Below, piece by piece: positions 51,220 to 64,000 of a DNA stretch of 64,000 nucleotides; position 1 is the stretch's first letter, and every line of letters begins with the position of its first letter. The notes below the pieces were generated by a model. That model saw only the letters and a program-made list of their open reading frames with translations. It was not told where the DNA came from and searched no databases. This stretch comes from Lama guanicoe. Lineage: Eukaryota. The position numbers and the translations under genes were made by a program. The DNA is taken from the NCBI GenBank assembly GCA_013239625.1, contig PNXV01005434.1, positions 124,001-188,000 on the forward strand, read 5' to 3'.

Positions 51220-51716
51220 TGTATTACTCAGGGATCTTCAGAGAAATAGAATCTCTATCTATTAGCTAGCTAGCTAGCTATCCACCCTCATCATATACAT
51301 TGGAAGGTGCCCTATTATAAGGAGGAGGCTCATATAATCATAGAGGCTGAGAAGTTCCAGATCTGCCGTCTGCAAGGTGCAGACCCAGTAACTCAGTCCA
51401 AGTCGGGAAGCTTCAGACCGGGAGTCTCTATGACGTAAGTGTCCGTCTCAGGACGGGAGAAGACCCGCGGAAGCAGAAGCAGGCAGGCAGGAACAAAAAG
51501 AACAAGTTCTTCCTTCTTGCACAGTTGTGTTCTTTTCAGGCCTCAACAAATTGGATGATACCCATCCACGCCACGGAAAGCCAGCTGTGTTACTGAGTCC
51601 ACAGATCCCATTCTAATCTCGACTGGAAACAACACTTTCACAGACACACGCAGAAGGAATGTCTAAACTGGGCACCCAGTGACCAGTCTAGTTGTCTTAT
51701 AGTAATAACCGTCACA
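51220..51716 (-). mobile_element. MLT2-type (ERVL) LTR, unit B copy
   Basis: Paralog of 42959-43495 (ggctcatataatcatagaggctgagaagttccagatctgcc...gaccagtctagttg...ccgtcaca). Confidence 0.75.
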
Positions 51717-52289
51717 CGAATTCCCTGGATTCATTTTTCTCATGTTGATCATAGGCGTTACATGGGAAACAATGTCAGATGACATTGCCCAACAAATGAT
51801 CCCTCCGAGGGTTTCATCTCTTGCAGCTTATTTAGGAAAAGTACCATTTTGGCCATAGTGAATCCACGTTCTGAAAGGCAGCATCAGTGTTCTAGCGCTC
51901 TGTGATAGCCCCTGTGACTGGCCGCCGGAGAAATGTCAGATTTGGAGAAACTTCCTCTAACGTGTCTTAACAGTGCACGCTGGACGGGTTCATTTAGTTT
52001 AGCTGGAAGACACTGGACAGGAGAGCGCGTCCAGTAGGTGAGCCCTCAGTGGGGCGTCTTCACTGTGGTAAAGGAGAACTTCCTCTCTCCTCCTGACAGG
52101 TCATTTGTAAGCAAACTAGACAGGGTGGATGCATGTGATATGACATGGCTTAGGCTAGCCGACTTCTTCAAAGCATGGATTAGTTTGAAGAGCCATGAGA
52201 ACACATGAGACAGGAATAAAAATACATTCCCTGGCCCACTAAGTGCAGGTACAAAACCCTTGTCATTTCCCAGGAATCATATGTGGAGG

Positions 52290-52545
52290 CCTCCCACTGG
52301 TCTAAGGTCACTTCTCATTTCCTGCTTGTACTCCACCCACAACACTGAACTTTCATCTTCCCTCTCTTCTACTGGGAATCTTCTTAGTGAAGATCAGTTC
52401 CCTGGTTTGGTGAGTGAATGCGGAACACATGTGCCCAGGCCCTGTCTTCACCCTTCCCTAAGGAATCACAACTTCTGCACTGGAGAGTGAAGATACTCGA
52501 GGGTTTGTGACGGGCAGATTTTGACAGACACAGAAAGAGAAACTG
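52290..52545 (+). promoter_or_regulatory. Putative promoter / exon 1 of TRIM5-like unit B with intronic ISRE
   Basis: Paralog of the unit A promoter. Degenerate AACTTTCATCTTC at 52348-52360, donor TTG|GTGAGT at 52409/52410, consensus ISRE GAAAGAGAAACT at 52533-52544. Confidence 0.55.
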
Positions 52546-55214
52546 AGTCTGCTTTGGTGAGTTTTACTTGCTTTCTGGAAGCCATCCTAAAGAGGGAAAA
52601 GGCTGGGCCTGCAGGCTTCCTGCTGAGAGTGAAGATGAGACTGGGGCAGGGGGAGTCTTAGAAGAAGCGGGGTTGGAAGAAGTAAAAGGCTTTGCTTGTT
52701 CCTTGGAGGGACTGTTTGTTCCTCCAGGGTGAGTCTACACACGCCTCCGCCCCATTTTATAATTTTGAAAGCATCTTGCTGAGGACACAAGAATACCTGA
52801 TTTTTCAGAGCTAGAATGTCCTTTCCCTCAACAAGGACAATTGCCCAGGGGTCTTTTAGTCGTAATTGTTTAATGCTTATCAGAGCAACAGTGTAGTGTT
52901 TCTGCCTGACTCTGGAGAAATTCTCATGACCTCGGCCTGTCTGTGCTCAGGAGCCTGGTGCTGTGACAGCTGGCAGGCTCTGAGCCTCTCTGTGTTCTCT
53001 CCTCCAGACCCAGGGAACCACTGCACTTCCTTAGTCGCTAACCTGCTCACCCCTCTGCCTGAGCCATATCTGTCACCCAGAAACAGAGCTCAGCTGAGAG
53101 GTCGGGAGCAAGAGAGGCACTTAGGAAGAACATCCAGAAGGGACGTCTGTTCTAACTTTTAATAAACCAAAGGAGTTACCTGACTGGGGTTGATGATATA
53201 CAAAGATGTCAGAAGAAACAGAATTATAACAACATCATGAGACTCAAAAGGGAAGGATGTGAGAGAAGCCTCTGTGTTTCCTCCCCCTCCTCCGTTCTAT
53301 GGGCAGAACAGCTGCACCCACCTAACTCGGCCAAATCTCTCTTCTCACCACGACTTCCCCTGATCTGACCAAACCTTCCTTCATCAAGGTTCACTCTGCA
53401 GATGATCCCTTGGCTGTGTATTCCTTGACCCCTTCTCAGCATCAGTCGGTGTTAGACAGTTGTCTTTTGAACTCGCACAGTGCACTTTAGTCAGGCCAAT
53501 TATTACAGGCCTTTAGAACTGATTTATTACTTTACTGCTTCACGTTTCATTTTACTAGTGTTGTCAGGAGTTTATATGAAACAAAATTAGATGACTGCCT
53601 AGAAGGTAAAACATTGCACGACTTCCCTTTCTGATTCTATTTGGGAAAAGGAACGTTTTCTCTTATACCATCCATGAGTTGTGGCTTTATCGTGATTAGA
53701 CAACCTGTTTTACTACAGTCACAAGAGAAGAAAGTTCTTTCCATGAACTTACTTTGTGGACTTTTACATAATAATTGTCTTTTTAAGTCCTTTAAGCTTG
53801 TTTAGGAGTTGTCTCTGCGATATATTGAGTTTGCAATCACATGAGCTCAGATGTCAGAAGAAAAGCTTGCTGACACCATGGCAGCCATGTGACCTGATGT
53901 TTCATCAGACAGATGCCACTCACGTTCCCACGTCCACCTCCCTGACTGCTGGGGAGCCCTTGGGTCACTGCTTAGGTAGTGGTGGGGGGTCATCCTTCAT
54001 GTGTGAGGACCTGTTCCTTCTGTGTGTGTTGTGCTGCAGCTGCTTTCACAGTAGCTCCTTGGAGCCCTGCAGGGAAAATAAATTCTGCAACCCCATGGCA
54101 GAATCCAGACTCTGTTCTCCCTCCTCCGTAGGTTCTTGGCTCATCTCAGCATTGGTTGGATCCTGAATGGGATGAGAAATAAACAGAGGCCCACCACCAT
54201 ATTTGGACAACAGCTTGAGTCATGATCTGATATAATGTCTACCTCTCATCTTGTTACTCATTAGCTAGATCTTTGCCACCTTTGGCAAACTGCACACGGC
54301 CTCTTGGCTATTTTCAGTTTCTGTACCTTCATCTGGGTTGCATTTACAGTTCACCTTCAGCCTCCTTCTGTATCAAGTGTTCTTCATGCATGATGAACAT
54401 GGCGTAAGTGTGGAGTTTCAGCAGGTCTACATTTATCTCTGGGCAGCTTTATAGCTTCTCCCTCCCTTTTGCAGAGTAAAGGGAAACTTATTGTTTGTTT
54501 CATACTGGCGGTCTTTCTTTTCCCATCAAACGCTGACAACCATCAAGACATGTTTATTGCTTCACGGCCCCATTTGCCTAGAGTAGCTACAGAGCTCCCG
54601 AGCCTGGACTACGAGCACCGGGCCATGCTGAGTCCAGGTTGAAGAAGGAGCATCACTCTGCTAGCACTCTGCGATGCTCCCTCTGACTGACCACCAGGAG
54701 TGGTTTCCAGACTGGACCACCCATGGCACGCACACAGCCTCATAGGACATAAACTGCCAGGTTCACTTAGCTTAGCTGGGAGTTTCAGGACAGGGGACAC
54801 AGCACTGGATGGCTGGCTCAGGTGCACTCTTGGAGGTGGCCCTTACAGTGGTCCAGGAGGTACATTATCCCCATTATCTCAGCTGTTTAAGGAACCAGAC
54901 TAGGTGAATATGTGTGTGAAACTACCCAGGGGACATAAACCTGTGGCTTATCTGCTTACCTTGTAAAGGTTATGAGCAGCAGCTTCCAGGGAACCAAAAG
55001 AGACATATCTGAACATACCAGTCCCAGCCCCCCTGTGAATACGGTACCTATGCCTCCCTGTGCCATTTCAGCTCTGTGTAAAGCCTTCCTAACCAAACGC
55101 ACTTTATAGGTCAGGATAGTTTTCCTGTCAATAATGTGACCTTAAAAGGCTGCCAACCTCCACTTTGTTGTAACCCAGGAGGTTTCCCAGAAAAACAGCA
55201 CACACACACACACA

Positions 55215-55830
55215 CACACACACTAGGAGAAGAATAAGCCAACATTGTCTTTATAGGAAGAAAGACCCCAGGCCTGATGTTAGTCCTTTGTTCCCACACG
55301 TCTAAGCCAATCCCCAGTCCTGCACGTTTCCCTCCTCCTGCGCTCACTCCCATCTGCTGCCTCCATTGTCTTCACCACCCGGCCCCTCATCATCGCTCCC
55401 CGGAGCCCCTGTGCAGACATCCCACCTGAGCCTCCCAGGTCCACGCTGGGTCCATCTGACAGCTCACAGCCCCAGTGCGCAGCTCGCTGTGCCCCCACTC
55501 TTCTCTGACGGGGAAACATGGGTCATGGTCCTTGCTCTTGGAAATGGGTCCCTAAATGTTATGTAATTTAGGAAGTGTCATATTTATGTCACTGTAGCTC
55601 TTGTGCGGCCAAAGGCCAGCACTTTTCTGCTCACCAGCCACACGGACACTTGCGACCTTATGATAGATGCTCTGTGTTCCAGGAACAGCTCATTTCCTCT
55701 CCCTAATGCATTTTCCCTCTCTCTCATGCCATGTTTCCTTCCTCTGCTTGAGCTTTCAGTTCAACCCTTGTGTTTACAATTTGGAATTCTTGGACAATCC
55801 CTTGTTTTCCCCCATTATGTGATTTCTGAA
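55215..55830 (+). repeat. Near-identical direct repeat, copy 2 (partner 46770-47385)
   Basis: See copy 1. ORF-track peptides at 46835/55280 and 46921/55366 are identical. Confidence 0.95.
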
Positions 55831-56583
55831 CAACATGCATCTCTAGTAGTTTTTACATCTGCTTTTTCACATCTACATGTATGTATATGTGACTGAATTT
55901 TAATTTGCCATTAATTCCAAGTGAATTTCCAGTTCATCGTGTCTTAAATCCTCTGTTTAGACTCATTTTTCTGATTATGGCTACTAGGCCAGTTGCTAGG
56001 GTGTAAGTCACCATCAAGGAGAATTAGCTGAAGGATTTTGCCTAGTACTTTGTGGATTTTTCTCAAGGCTGACATTCATTTCACCTGTGTTTCTATGTTT
56101 TTAGGTATGTGACTTCTGTGATCCTATGAGTATACCTATACCATCTGCATCCCGTCCATCCTTATACTTATATACACACACCAACATATACAGACACACA
56201 CACACACACATGCTTAGTCTCCTGTCAATCTCCTTGACAGAATTCCAGGCTTATACATGAATCTTGGTAGAAAAGTATCACATCATCCTTTTGTTAAGTA
56301 TAATTAAATAATAAGAATTATGAACCGAGGGTAAAGTGTTTAAAATTATTATGAAATGTCTTTTTTAACAGGTTAGCAAGCTCCTTCCACTTTTGTGTTT
56401 CTTTTTTGTATGTTTCTTCTGGCTTTCAATAATTTGGTCTTTGCACTCTTTGATTTCTACACAATTAATACCGCGTTCTCTGTACCTTTCTCTGCTGCCT
56501 TTCAATATTCCCAATCATGCAGGGATCTGTGAGTACGAGAACCCTTAGAAATCAGGACGGGTGGAAACAGGGGAGCGGCTGGC

Positions 56584-59569
56584 ATGGCGTCAGGAATTTT
56601 CATGAACGTACAGGAGGAGGTGACCTGCCCCATTTGCCTGGAGCTTCTGACAGAACCCTGGAGCCTTCACTGTGGCCACACGTTCTGCCAAGCCTGCATC
56701 ACTGCGAACAACAAGGAGTCCAAGACTGGCACAGAAGGGGAGAGCAGCTGCCCTGTGTGCCGACTCAGTTACAGGCCTGAGAACCTGCGGCCTAACCAGC
56801 TTGTGGCCAACATAGTGGAGAGGCTCAGGGAGGTCAGGCTGAGCCCGGAGGTGGAGCAAAAGGGAAATCTCTGTGCGCGCCACGGAGAGAAACTCCTGCT
56901 CTTCTGTATGGAGGATGGGAAGGTCATTTGCTGGCTTTGCGAGCGGTCCCAGGAGCACCGTGGTCACCGCACGTTCCTCTTGGAGGAGGTCGCCCAGGAG
57001 TACCAGGTGCGAGCCCAGAATGGAGGGAAGACGGGGCAGAAAACGGTACTTGAGGGGAAATCTCCCCTTGGCAATGGGCCTTATTTACCTGGTCACCACA
57101 GACCCAAAGCCCGTGGCCGCTTCTCTTCCAGCGCGTACCTTCTGATGTCAATGGACATGTCTGTGTATTCCGCCCGATTACAACACAATAACCCTGCACA
57201 CAGCCTTTCAGGTAGAAGTAGATACTTACGCACTTTGTGCTGGATGGTGGGGACCTGGTGCCAGAGAGAAGCTCTCATTATCACTCCAAATAAGAGGCTA
57301 ACTGGGACACTGGGTGAGCTAAGGTGAAAGTCGTTCCCTTGCTATAGGATCCGGGTTCTTCTAGGACAAAGAGAATCAGTCCTCTGTCGGTGAGATGTTG
57401 GGTCTTCTATCTCTTGAGTCTTAAAGAACACATTCACTACTTCATGGTTTTTCCCAAGTCATAGATTCTAATTGCTCATTTCTATGGATTCCAGTGTCTG
57501 GAAACCCGACCATTTCTCCCGCATTTATCCTCTGCAGTGATGCTGAGCAAGCCCAGAGCTTGACTCTGGTGTGCTTCTTTTCTCACAGGGGAAACTCCAG
57601 GCAATTCTGAAGAGGCTGAGGGAGGAGCAGCAGAAAGCTGAGAACTTTGAGACGGAAGTCAGAGAAGAGATCACTACCTGGAAGGTAGGTGGGGACACTT
57701 CCTGAGGGAGTTAGACAGGTATCTGGGCAGGACCTTGATGTTAGTCTCAAGGAGATACCTTCCTCTTTGTTCCCTGACAGTCAAGTCGTTTCATTGGTCC
57801 CTTTGTTCATCCTTCCCCTGATAGGGCTGAGGGCTGAGAAGTGCACGTACCCCCAGTGAACACAGCCACTCCAAGGGACGTATTCGTGCACAGGGGCTCT
57901 CTGCTGAGGATGACATGTGAATTTCACGTTCCCTTCCTGTCAAATGGCAGTGGCGGATGGTTCTGTCCTCAGTGTTCCACTTTTGGCAGAGGTTTGTGGG
58001 AGGGGGTCGGGAGCAATGCAGGGAGGCACGAGCATCCTGGACACGTGTGTGGAAGCCTAGCACACCCAGGGATTCCATTTTGGCTCAGCGAGGCCTAAAT
58101 AATGCAGACTTGGGGCCATTAATTTGGAATGTGATGGTGAAAAAGCGATGGACAAAAGTCAGCTTCCCCAAGAACTCTTTTCCTCCTCCTGTCTCACCTC
58201 CCTGTGGGAACTTCCCGAGTACGTAGGTCTTTTTCTGGTTCCCAGTGTCAGCCTGAGAGTTCTAATTCCTCTCTCTCTGTTTCATTCCTGAAGCATCAAA
58301 TAGAAAATGAGAGACAAAATGTCCAGGCAGAGTTTAAAGAACTGAGAGCTATCCTGAACGATGAGGAGCAGAAGGAACTGCAAAAGCTGAAGGATGCGGA
58401 AGGAGGTATTCTGCGTAACCTGGCGGACTCTGAGAATGAGGTGGTCCAGCAGAGCCAGTTGGTGAGAGACCTCATCTCAGATCTGGAACAACGTTTGCAA
58501 CGGTCAATGGTGGAGATGCTGCAGGTAAGACTGGGGAGGTAGCCCCAGCATCTGAGAGCTGAGACAAATGAATCCTAGGTTTCCATCTCTTCTGTATTGT
58601 TGTGTTCTTTCTGGTGTTGTCACCAAGGTTGCTTTGGCCCTGCAGTGCCCCTTCCCTGCATCTCGTCCGGGGGGTATAAGAATATCTGAATGAGTGAATT
58701 GAATTCAGGAATAACAAGAGGAATTTTTATTTTTTAATGTACCATGTTCAGTGCAAAAGTGTGACTGTGGAGCGAAGATTCACTGTCTTCAGTGATTTGC
58801 TGGAGGCCCCTATTATCTGTATCCAGTTTTAAGCATTTGTCAGATAGCTCTTCATGACACAGCTTAGTCAGTAACAAATGCACTTTTGACTGCAAGATTT
58901 TTTTTTTCTCTCAATGTGTTGATATTTTTTTCTCTTTCTCTATTTCTGAAGATAATTTTTGAAGGACTGTTACTTATTCTTTAAATATTAATGGAATTCA
59001 TTAGTGAAGCCATCTCACTCTGGCTTTTTCTTATAGGAAAGGTTTAAACTATTTTACCTGTATTAGGATTATTTCTATTTTTCACAGTCATTGAGTCAGT
59101 TTTTGTATGTCTTTGTAGGCAATTGTCTATTTTCAGTTTTCTTATTTATAGGCATAAAGTTCATTATAATAATCCTTTATTATCCCATTAATTTCTATTT
59201 TATTCACAGCAGTGTCCCCTCTTTTAGTCCTGAGTTTGGTGATTTTCTTTTTCACTTCTTTCCTCGTCAGTTTAGTTATGTTTTGTCAATTCATTGATTG
59301 TTTTCAAAAATTCAGTTTTCTATAGGCATAAAGTTCATTATAATAATCCTTTATTATCCCATTAATTTCTATTTTATTCACAGCAGTGTCCCCTCTTTTA
59401 GTCCTGAGTTTGGTGATTTTCTTTTTCACTTCTTTCCTCGTCAGTTTAGTTATGTTTTGTCAATTCATTGATTGTTTTCAAAAACAAACTTATTTTTTAT
59501 TTACTTTGTCTATTTTAACCTTTTCTTATTCATTACCTTCTGCTCTCACATTTGTTGTTTTCTGTGTGT

Positions 59570-59613
<44 letters not shown>

Positions 59614-62600
59614 GTTCAATATGCAATTCCTTAGGTTCCTGAGGTGGGAATTTAGATGGCTGACTTGAGACCATCTCTTCTGATACAGTGTTTAATGATA
59701 TAAGTGCATGTCCTTAGTTGTATTCCTCACATTTTGATTGTTTAGTTTTAATTTTCATTCAATTTCAGCTTCTCAGACTTCCTTTGCAGTTTTTGGTTTT
59801 GTTCAACTTTGGATATTTTAAAGTGTGTTGTTAATTAGAAAATACTCCGTGACACATGAGTTTTACTTCTGCTGTTGATTTCAAATTTAATTCTGCTGTA
59901 ATCAGAGAACATATATATTTTATTACTTTAAAACTTTTAGGTTCATTGACACTTGTTTATGGCTTAAGAACTTTATGTTCAGGAAAATTTTCTATATAGA
60001 TTTGAGAAGATTGTGTATTCACACTTATTGGGTAAAATGGTCTATAGATGTTAGTTTGGTCAGAATGGTTGATAGTATCGTCCATGTCGTTTATAAATTT
60101 GATGGTTTCCATATAAGCTAGTCTCTCATTATTAAGAGTGAGATTTTGAAATGTGTAACTATTATTGAATCGTCCATTTCCCCTTTTAATTTTACTTTGT
60201 GTACTTTGAAGCTCTGCTGTTAGGTGCATATACGCTTACAATCATCATAACTTTTTGATATACTGAACCTTTTGCCATTATAAAATTTCTCTGTCACTCT
60301 CACATAATACTTATTGTCTTAAAGTCTATTTTGTCTACTATTTATATAAACACTTGACCTATCTCCTGATTATTGCTTGCATGATGTATATTTTTCTCTG
60401 TTTTTACTTTTGCCCTTTTTGTGTCTTTGAATCTAAAATAGGTCCCTTATAGATAGCAATAGTTGAACTTTGCTTTTTATCCAGCCCTACAATCTCTGCC
60501 TTTCAGTTGTGGTATTAATGCATGACATTTAATGCAGTTACTGATATGGTTTTGATTAAATTGACCATTTTCCTATTTGCATTCTATAGGGCTACTCTAG
60601 TGTTCATTCTTCTCCTTCTCCTTAACTAGCTTCTTCTGTGTTAAACGAATTTTTCAAGTATACAATTTTAAGTTGTCCTATTTCCTCACTGTATTTTTTT
60701 TTAAGCTTTTTTCCTAGCGGTTGCTCGAGTGATTACAATATGTCTCCTACCCCATCATGGGCTACTTCTGACCACACTAAGCTATTTCCAGTAAAAATGG
60801 GAACTTCCTTCAGCACTACTTCATTTCCTTTCGAAAACAACGCAGGGATGTTTTCCACATGGGCTGCTCGTCCTGTGTAGGCTCGTGCCTGCAGGCGTGC
60901 AGATTTTTTTGTTGTAACTGGGAGGAGAAGCTCTTTTTTCTTCTAGAGTTTATATGAGGCGATTCATGTTTCCTTCATGAGCTGAGAATAAAGTTAATAT
61001 AAGGGGAATCAATAGAACTGGAGAAAGATAGAGACCTGATTCTGATGACAAAGTTTGAGCTTCATAATTAAAGTTTGAGTAAAGTTGTAACTCTCCCCCA
61101 GAATCATTTATCATTTCTTTACTTATTCTATATGTATTTGAGTTTTGTCATGTACAACAAAGGAGCCCTAATACAGAAAGAATTTTTTTCCAAAACCCAG
61201 CTATGGTCCTACTTTTTGGTGACACGAATTAAGTAAGTCTTCAGCAAAAGAGATCAAATATAGTGGTACATATATGTTCAAACAAGCAAAACAATATCTG
61301 TCGTGATTAAGAAGGTTAGATGGCTAAAAACTGTAAAGGATCTGGACTAAACTGACTCAGTAGAGACCAAAGTGCAGGTAAATTCTGGAGTTTTTAGGGC
61401 AGTGAGTGGGTATTGAGAACATGATGAAAATGGGGTACAAGGGGGGAAACAATTTGGTCAGTGAATGATGAGTAACATCTTAGACATTCTATGTCACTGA
61501 TTCCTGCGGCTGTTTCACTACTGAATATAATAATATGCATTTAAGAGGCAAAATTGAATAAAAATAAAGAGTTGGAAATGAACTGCACATATGTGCATGC
61601 TGATTTTAAGAGAGTGGAAGGGGTCATTAACAGTGCATAAATTGAGAAGAGAGAGACCTCAAAAATGCCTACATTAATCCTTTTGCTTACTTGTACCCTC
61701 AACAAAAGCCTTATAAATAGTTTGGGGGAGATCAGGATTATGTATTCACCTTTGATCCTCCAAAGCCTTGGCAAATAACAGTCCATCACTTCACAGTTTT
61801 AGTGAATAAATGACAGTATTCAAATCACCTCATGAAGTATTCAAATCAACTCCTGGGCCATCAAATTTACAGGCCTCTTGTTTTTCCCATAAACATGTCT
61901 CATCTCCTGATATTGAAGTTTCATGCTCTTGTTTCATAATGGCCAAAGCATTTTTCACCTTTTTGGGAACCTGACAACATCACATGAGTCTCTGGCATGA
62001 CTGACCTCACTCTCATCTTTACTTTCCGGCTCTCACATTGAGACAATCTCTGTTCCCACAGTCAGGGGCTGGTGGGGACGTGAAGAAACTTTGTAAGTAG
62101 GGGAACTGCTTGGTTCTTGACTCGTGTTTTCTCTTTTCTCACTAGGATGTGCATGGCATCATAAAAAGGTATGTGTGGGAGACCAGACGTGGTTCCTTTG
62201 GGCTGTGAAATAATAAAAAGCCATTGGAGTTTTCTGGTGGCCAATTCGAGTAAAACAATGTTCAGGGGAGAAAAAATGGGATGCACATTTATCTTAAATT
62301 TCTGTTCACAAATCATAGCTAGATTGTTCTATAAATACTGAGTGGAGTAGATTCCATAGTAGATAGTTTTGGTCATGAGAATTTGCAGAGTTTGGGTCTG
62401 TAGTAGTATTACGGATAACACTTTTGAATATCAGACACCCGTGACCTCAAATATTTAATTCATACTGTATGTCATTATCTAACTCGGATTCTCATATTTA
62501 ACAGGTGTTTGACTTGTCATGGGAAGGTCAGATCTTCTTTATCTGCCAAGCACCCAGAACTAGAGAAAACTCCTTTACATTTGAACTTCTGCCCTGGGTG

Positions 62601-63792
62601 TAGAAGAGACCAGCGTCTTATATATATTTCCGTTTAAATTTCCAAAAATAGACTTAAATCTCCAGGAATATTTTGTCCCTGATACAAACAATTGATCCAA
62701 CTTGGTCACATACTCTAGAAGCCAGAATGAGAAGGTGGCAACTTTGTGTCTGAATTTGCACCCCTACGTGGCAGCATGAAACTCTTTACAAACACGTGAA
62801 ATTCAGACCACTATCAGTTTAGTGTTCATGATGTCTTATTTCCGAAGGGTTTTTACTTGTTCCCAGAAAACCTGAAATCTCAAGTTATTCTGAGGGTGTC
62901 CTGTTGGGGAGCAGCCTGTGAAATTTTGGGGACACTCTGGACAATATTCTCATGCATGATACGTCTCAAGCTCCCAGGAGGCAGGTTCACAAGCTCACTT
63001 TGTGATTTCTTCCTGGGAACCCGTATCCATGCAATGACTTTTCCACCAATTAAACTTTTTAAGGTACTAAAGTTTTCTTTTGTTGAGTCCATTATTTCCT
63101 ATGATTTCTAGGAGGGAGAGGGGGAAAGGTTAATGATTTCAGTTTGAAAGGGAGAAACTGTGCTACTGAGAGATCAGGACCTTCTCAGGTCACACAGAGG
63201 AACTGGGAAAGTGGACATGAGCACATTTGTTCTGGCTCCAAGGTCAGGCGTCCATTGCCTCCTTTCTCAGGGTCTCTAGGAACGACCCTTCAAGTGTCTC
63301 TATGGGGTGAAAATATAGAAAGTCATTGGCTTTCAAGGGATAAAATATCCGAGGTGTGGTGGTCAATTTTTATCATCCCTAGGTGTGAGACCTTGACCCT
63401 GAAGAAGCCGAAAACCTTTCCCAAGGGACAAAGGAGAGTGTTTCGAGCTCCTGATCTGAGACAGATTTTCAGAGCGTTTAATGGTGAGGAGTGCTTCCCA
63501 ACGTGGGCGTCTCTGGGATTGTTGTGATGGCTGCGGAAAATGGGGAAGCGGCTCCAATTTTCCAGGGGGGGATAGAGACATTGGAGGCCAGATGCTATGT
63601 GCTGACAATATGGTGATGTTTAATGGGGAGTGACCAGCTGTCTGGTTCATTGTCTCTCTCGCCAGTTTTCCACTTCACAACAGTCCTTCCCCTAAAGTGG
63701 GAGAAAATGTATTCCAGTCCTAATGTCTTTGATTACATTTGATATTACGATTTTTATCATTCCAGAGCCGAGAGACGCACACCGCTACTGGG
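56584..63792 (+). CDS. TRIM5: TRIM5-like restriction factor (unit B), 3'-partial; SPRY exon beyond the window
   Basis: Open exons with canonical sites: 56584-57006, 57589-57684, 58294-58524, 62146-62168, 63383-63483, 63766-63792. [18 protein letters not shown]...ITANNKES...[18 protein letters not shown]..., [13 protein letters not shown] and [19 protein letters not shown] resemble artiodactyl TRIM5. Exact paralog identity is uncertain. Confidence 0.85.
59132..59484. repeat. Tandem duplication of about 175 bp
   Basis: 59147-59310 is identical to 59321-59484. Spacer ttcagttttc repeats 59132-59141. Confidence 0.95.
59563..59610. repeat. (TG)n microsatellite
   Basis: Directly visible. Confidence 0.95.
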
Positions 63793-64000
63793 GTAAGGAG
63801 AAATCACAGTGTCATCAAGCCACCCTCCTTTCATCAACTTTTAGAGTCTTTCACTTTCTAGTAGCTTTCCTGTTTTAAGAGCCATGTCTCCCCTCCCAAC
63901 ACACACAAACACAAACGTATTTTCTTTCCCTTAAAGTCCTTCTAAAGATCCCTTCCACGGCTACACAAATAAAACTACATCGTATCCCTCACTCAGTGCT

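Larger units (their letters stand above)
58900..60830 (-). mobile_element. Old LINE-1 ORF2 (endonuclease-side) fragment in TRIM5-like intron 4
   Basis: T-rich antisense L1 text (gtactttgaagctctgctgttaggtgcatatac; gtcttaaagtctattttgtct; tttttatccagccctacaatctctgcctt). Confidence 0.75.

Noticed and set aside
57007..57327. ORF reading through the exon 2 donor (247-aa product)
   Set aside because: A canonical donor and intact downstream exons exist. The tail has no recognisable features, so this is probably chance openness, though intron retention cannot be excluded.
36310..60830. Antisense L1 in intron 4 of both TRIM34 and TRIM5-like as a shared ancestral insertion
   Set aside because: The fragments overlap only partly and shared junctions cannot be established by eye.

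Overview
Mammalian genomic DNA, very likely camelid judging by a recurrent tRNA-Ala-derived SINE of the Vic-1 type. It covers the antiviral TRIM6/TRIM34/TRIM5 cluster among class I (family 52) olfactory receptor genes. All genes are on the + strand, in this order: 3' end of OR52B6; intact TRIM6 (7 coding exons, 487 aa); an OR52B4-like gene broken by one in-frame stop; intact TRIM34 (487 aa); then two tandem TRIM5-like units. Unit A (~42.9-49.1 kb) is a pseudogene whose RING/B-box exon runs in frame into a LINE-1/HAL1 ORF1 fragment. An old mitochondrial insertion (ND1 end, tRNA-Ile/Gln/Met, ND2) follows and ends exactly where A/B homology begins. Unit B (~51.1 kb to the window end) is an open TRIM5-like gene whose SPRY exon lies beyond the window. 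Other points of note: apparent gene-conversion tracts (A vs B, and TRIM6 vs TRIM5-like B-box), ISRE turnover and a MER41-like LTR at the TRIM5-like promoters, loss of B-box self-assembly residues in TRIM34, and a retroposed 5' tRNA-Gly half with target-site duplication (TSD). Gene and repeat identities come from recalled family sequences and manual reading, not from database searches.
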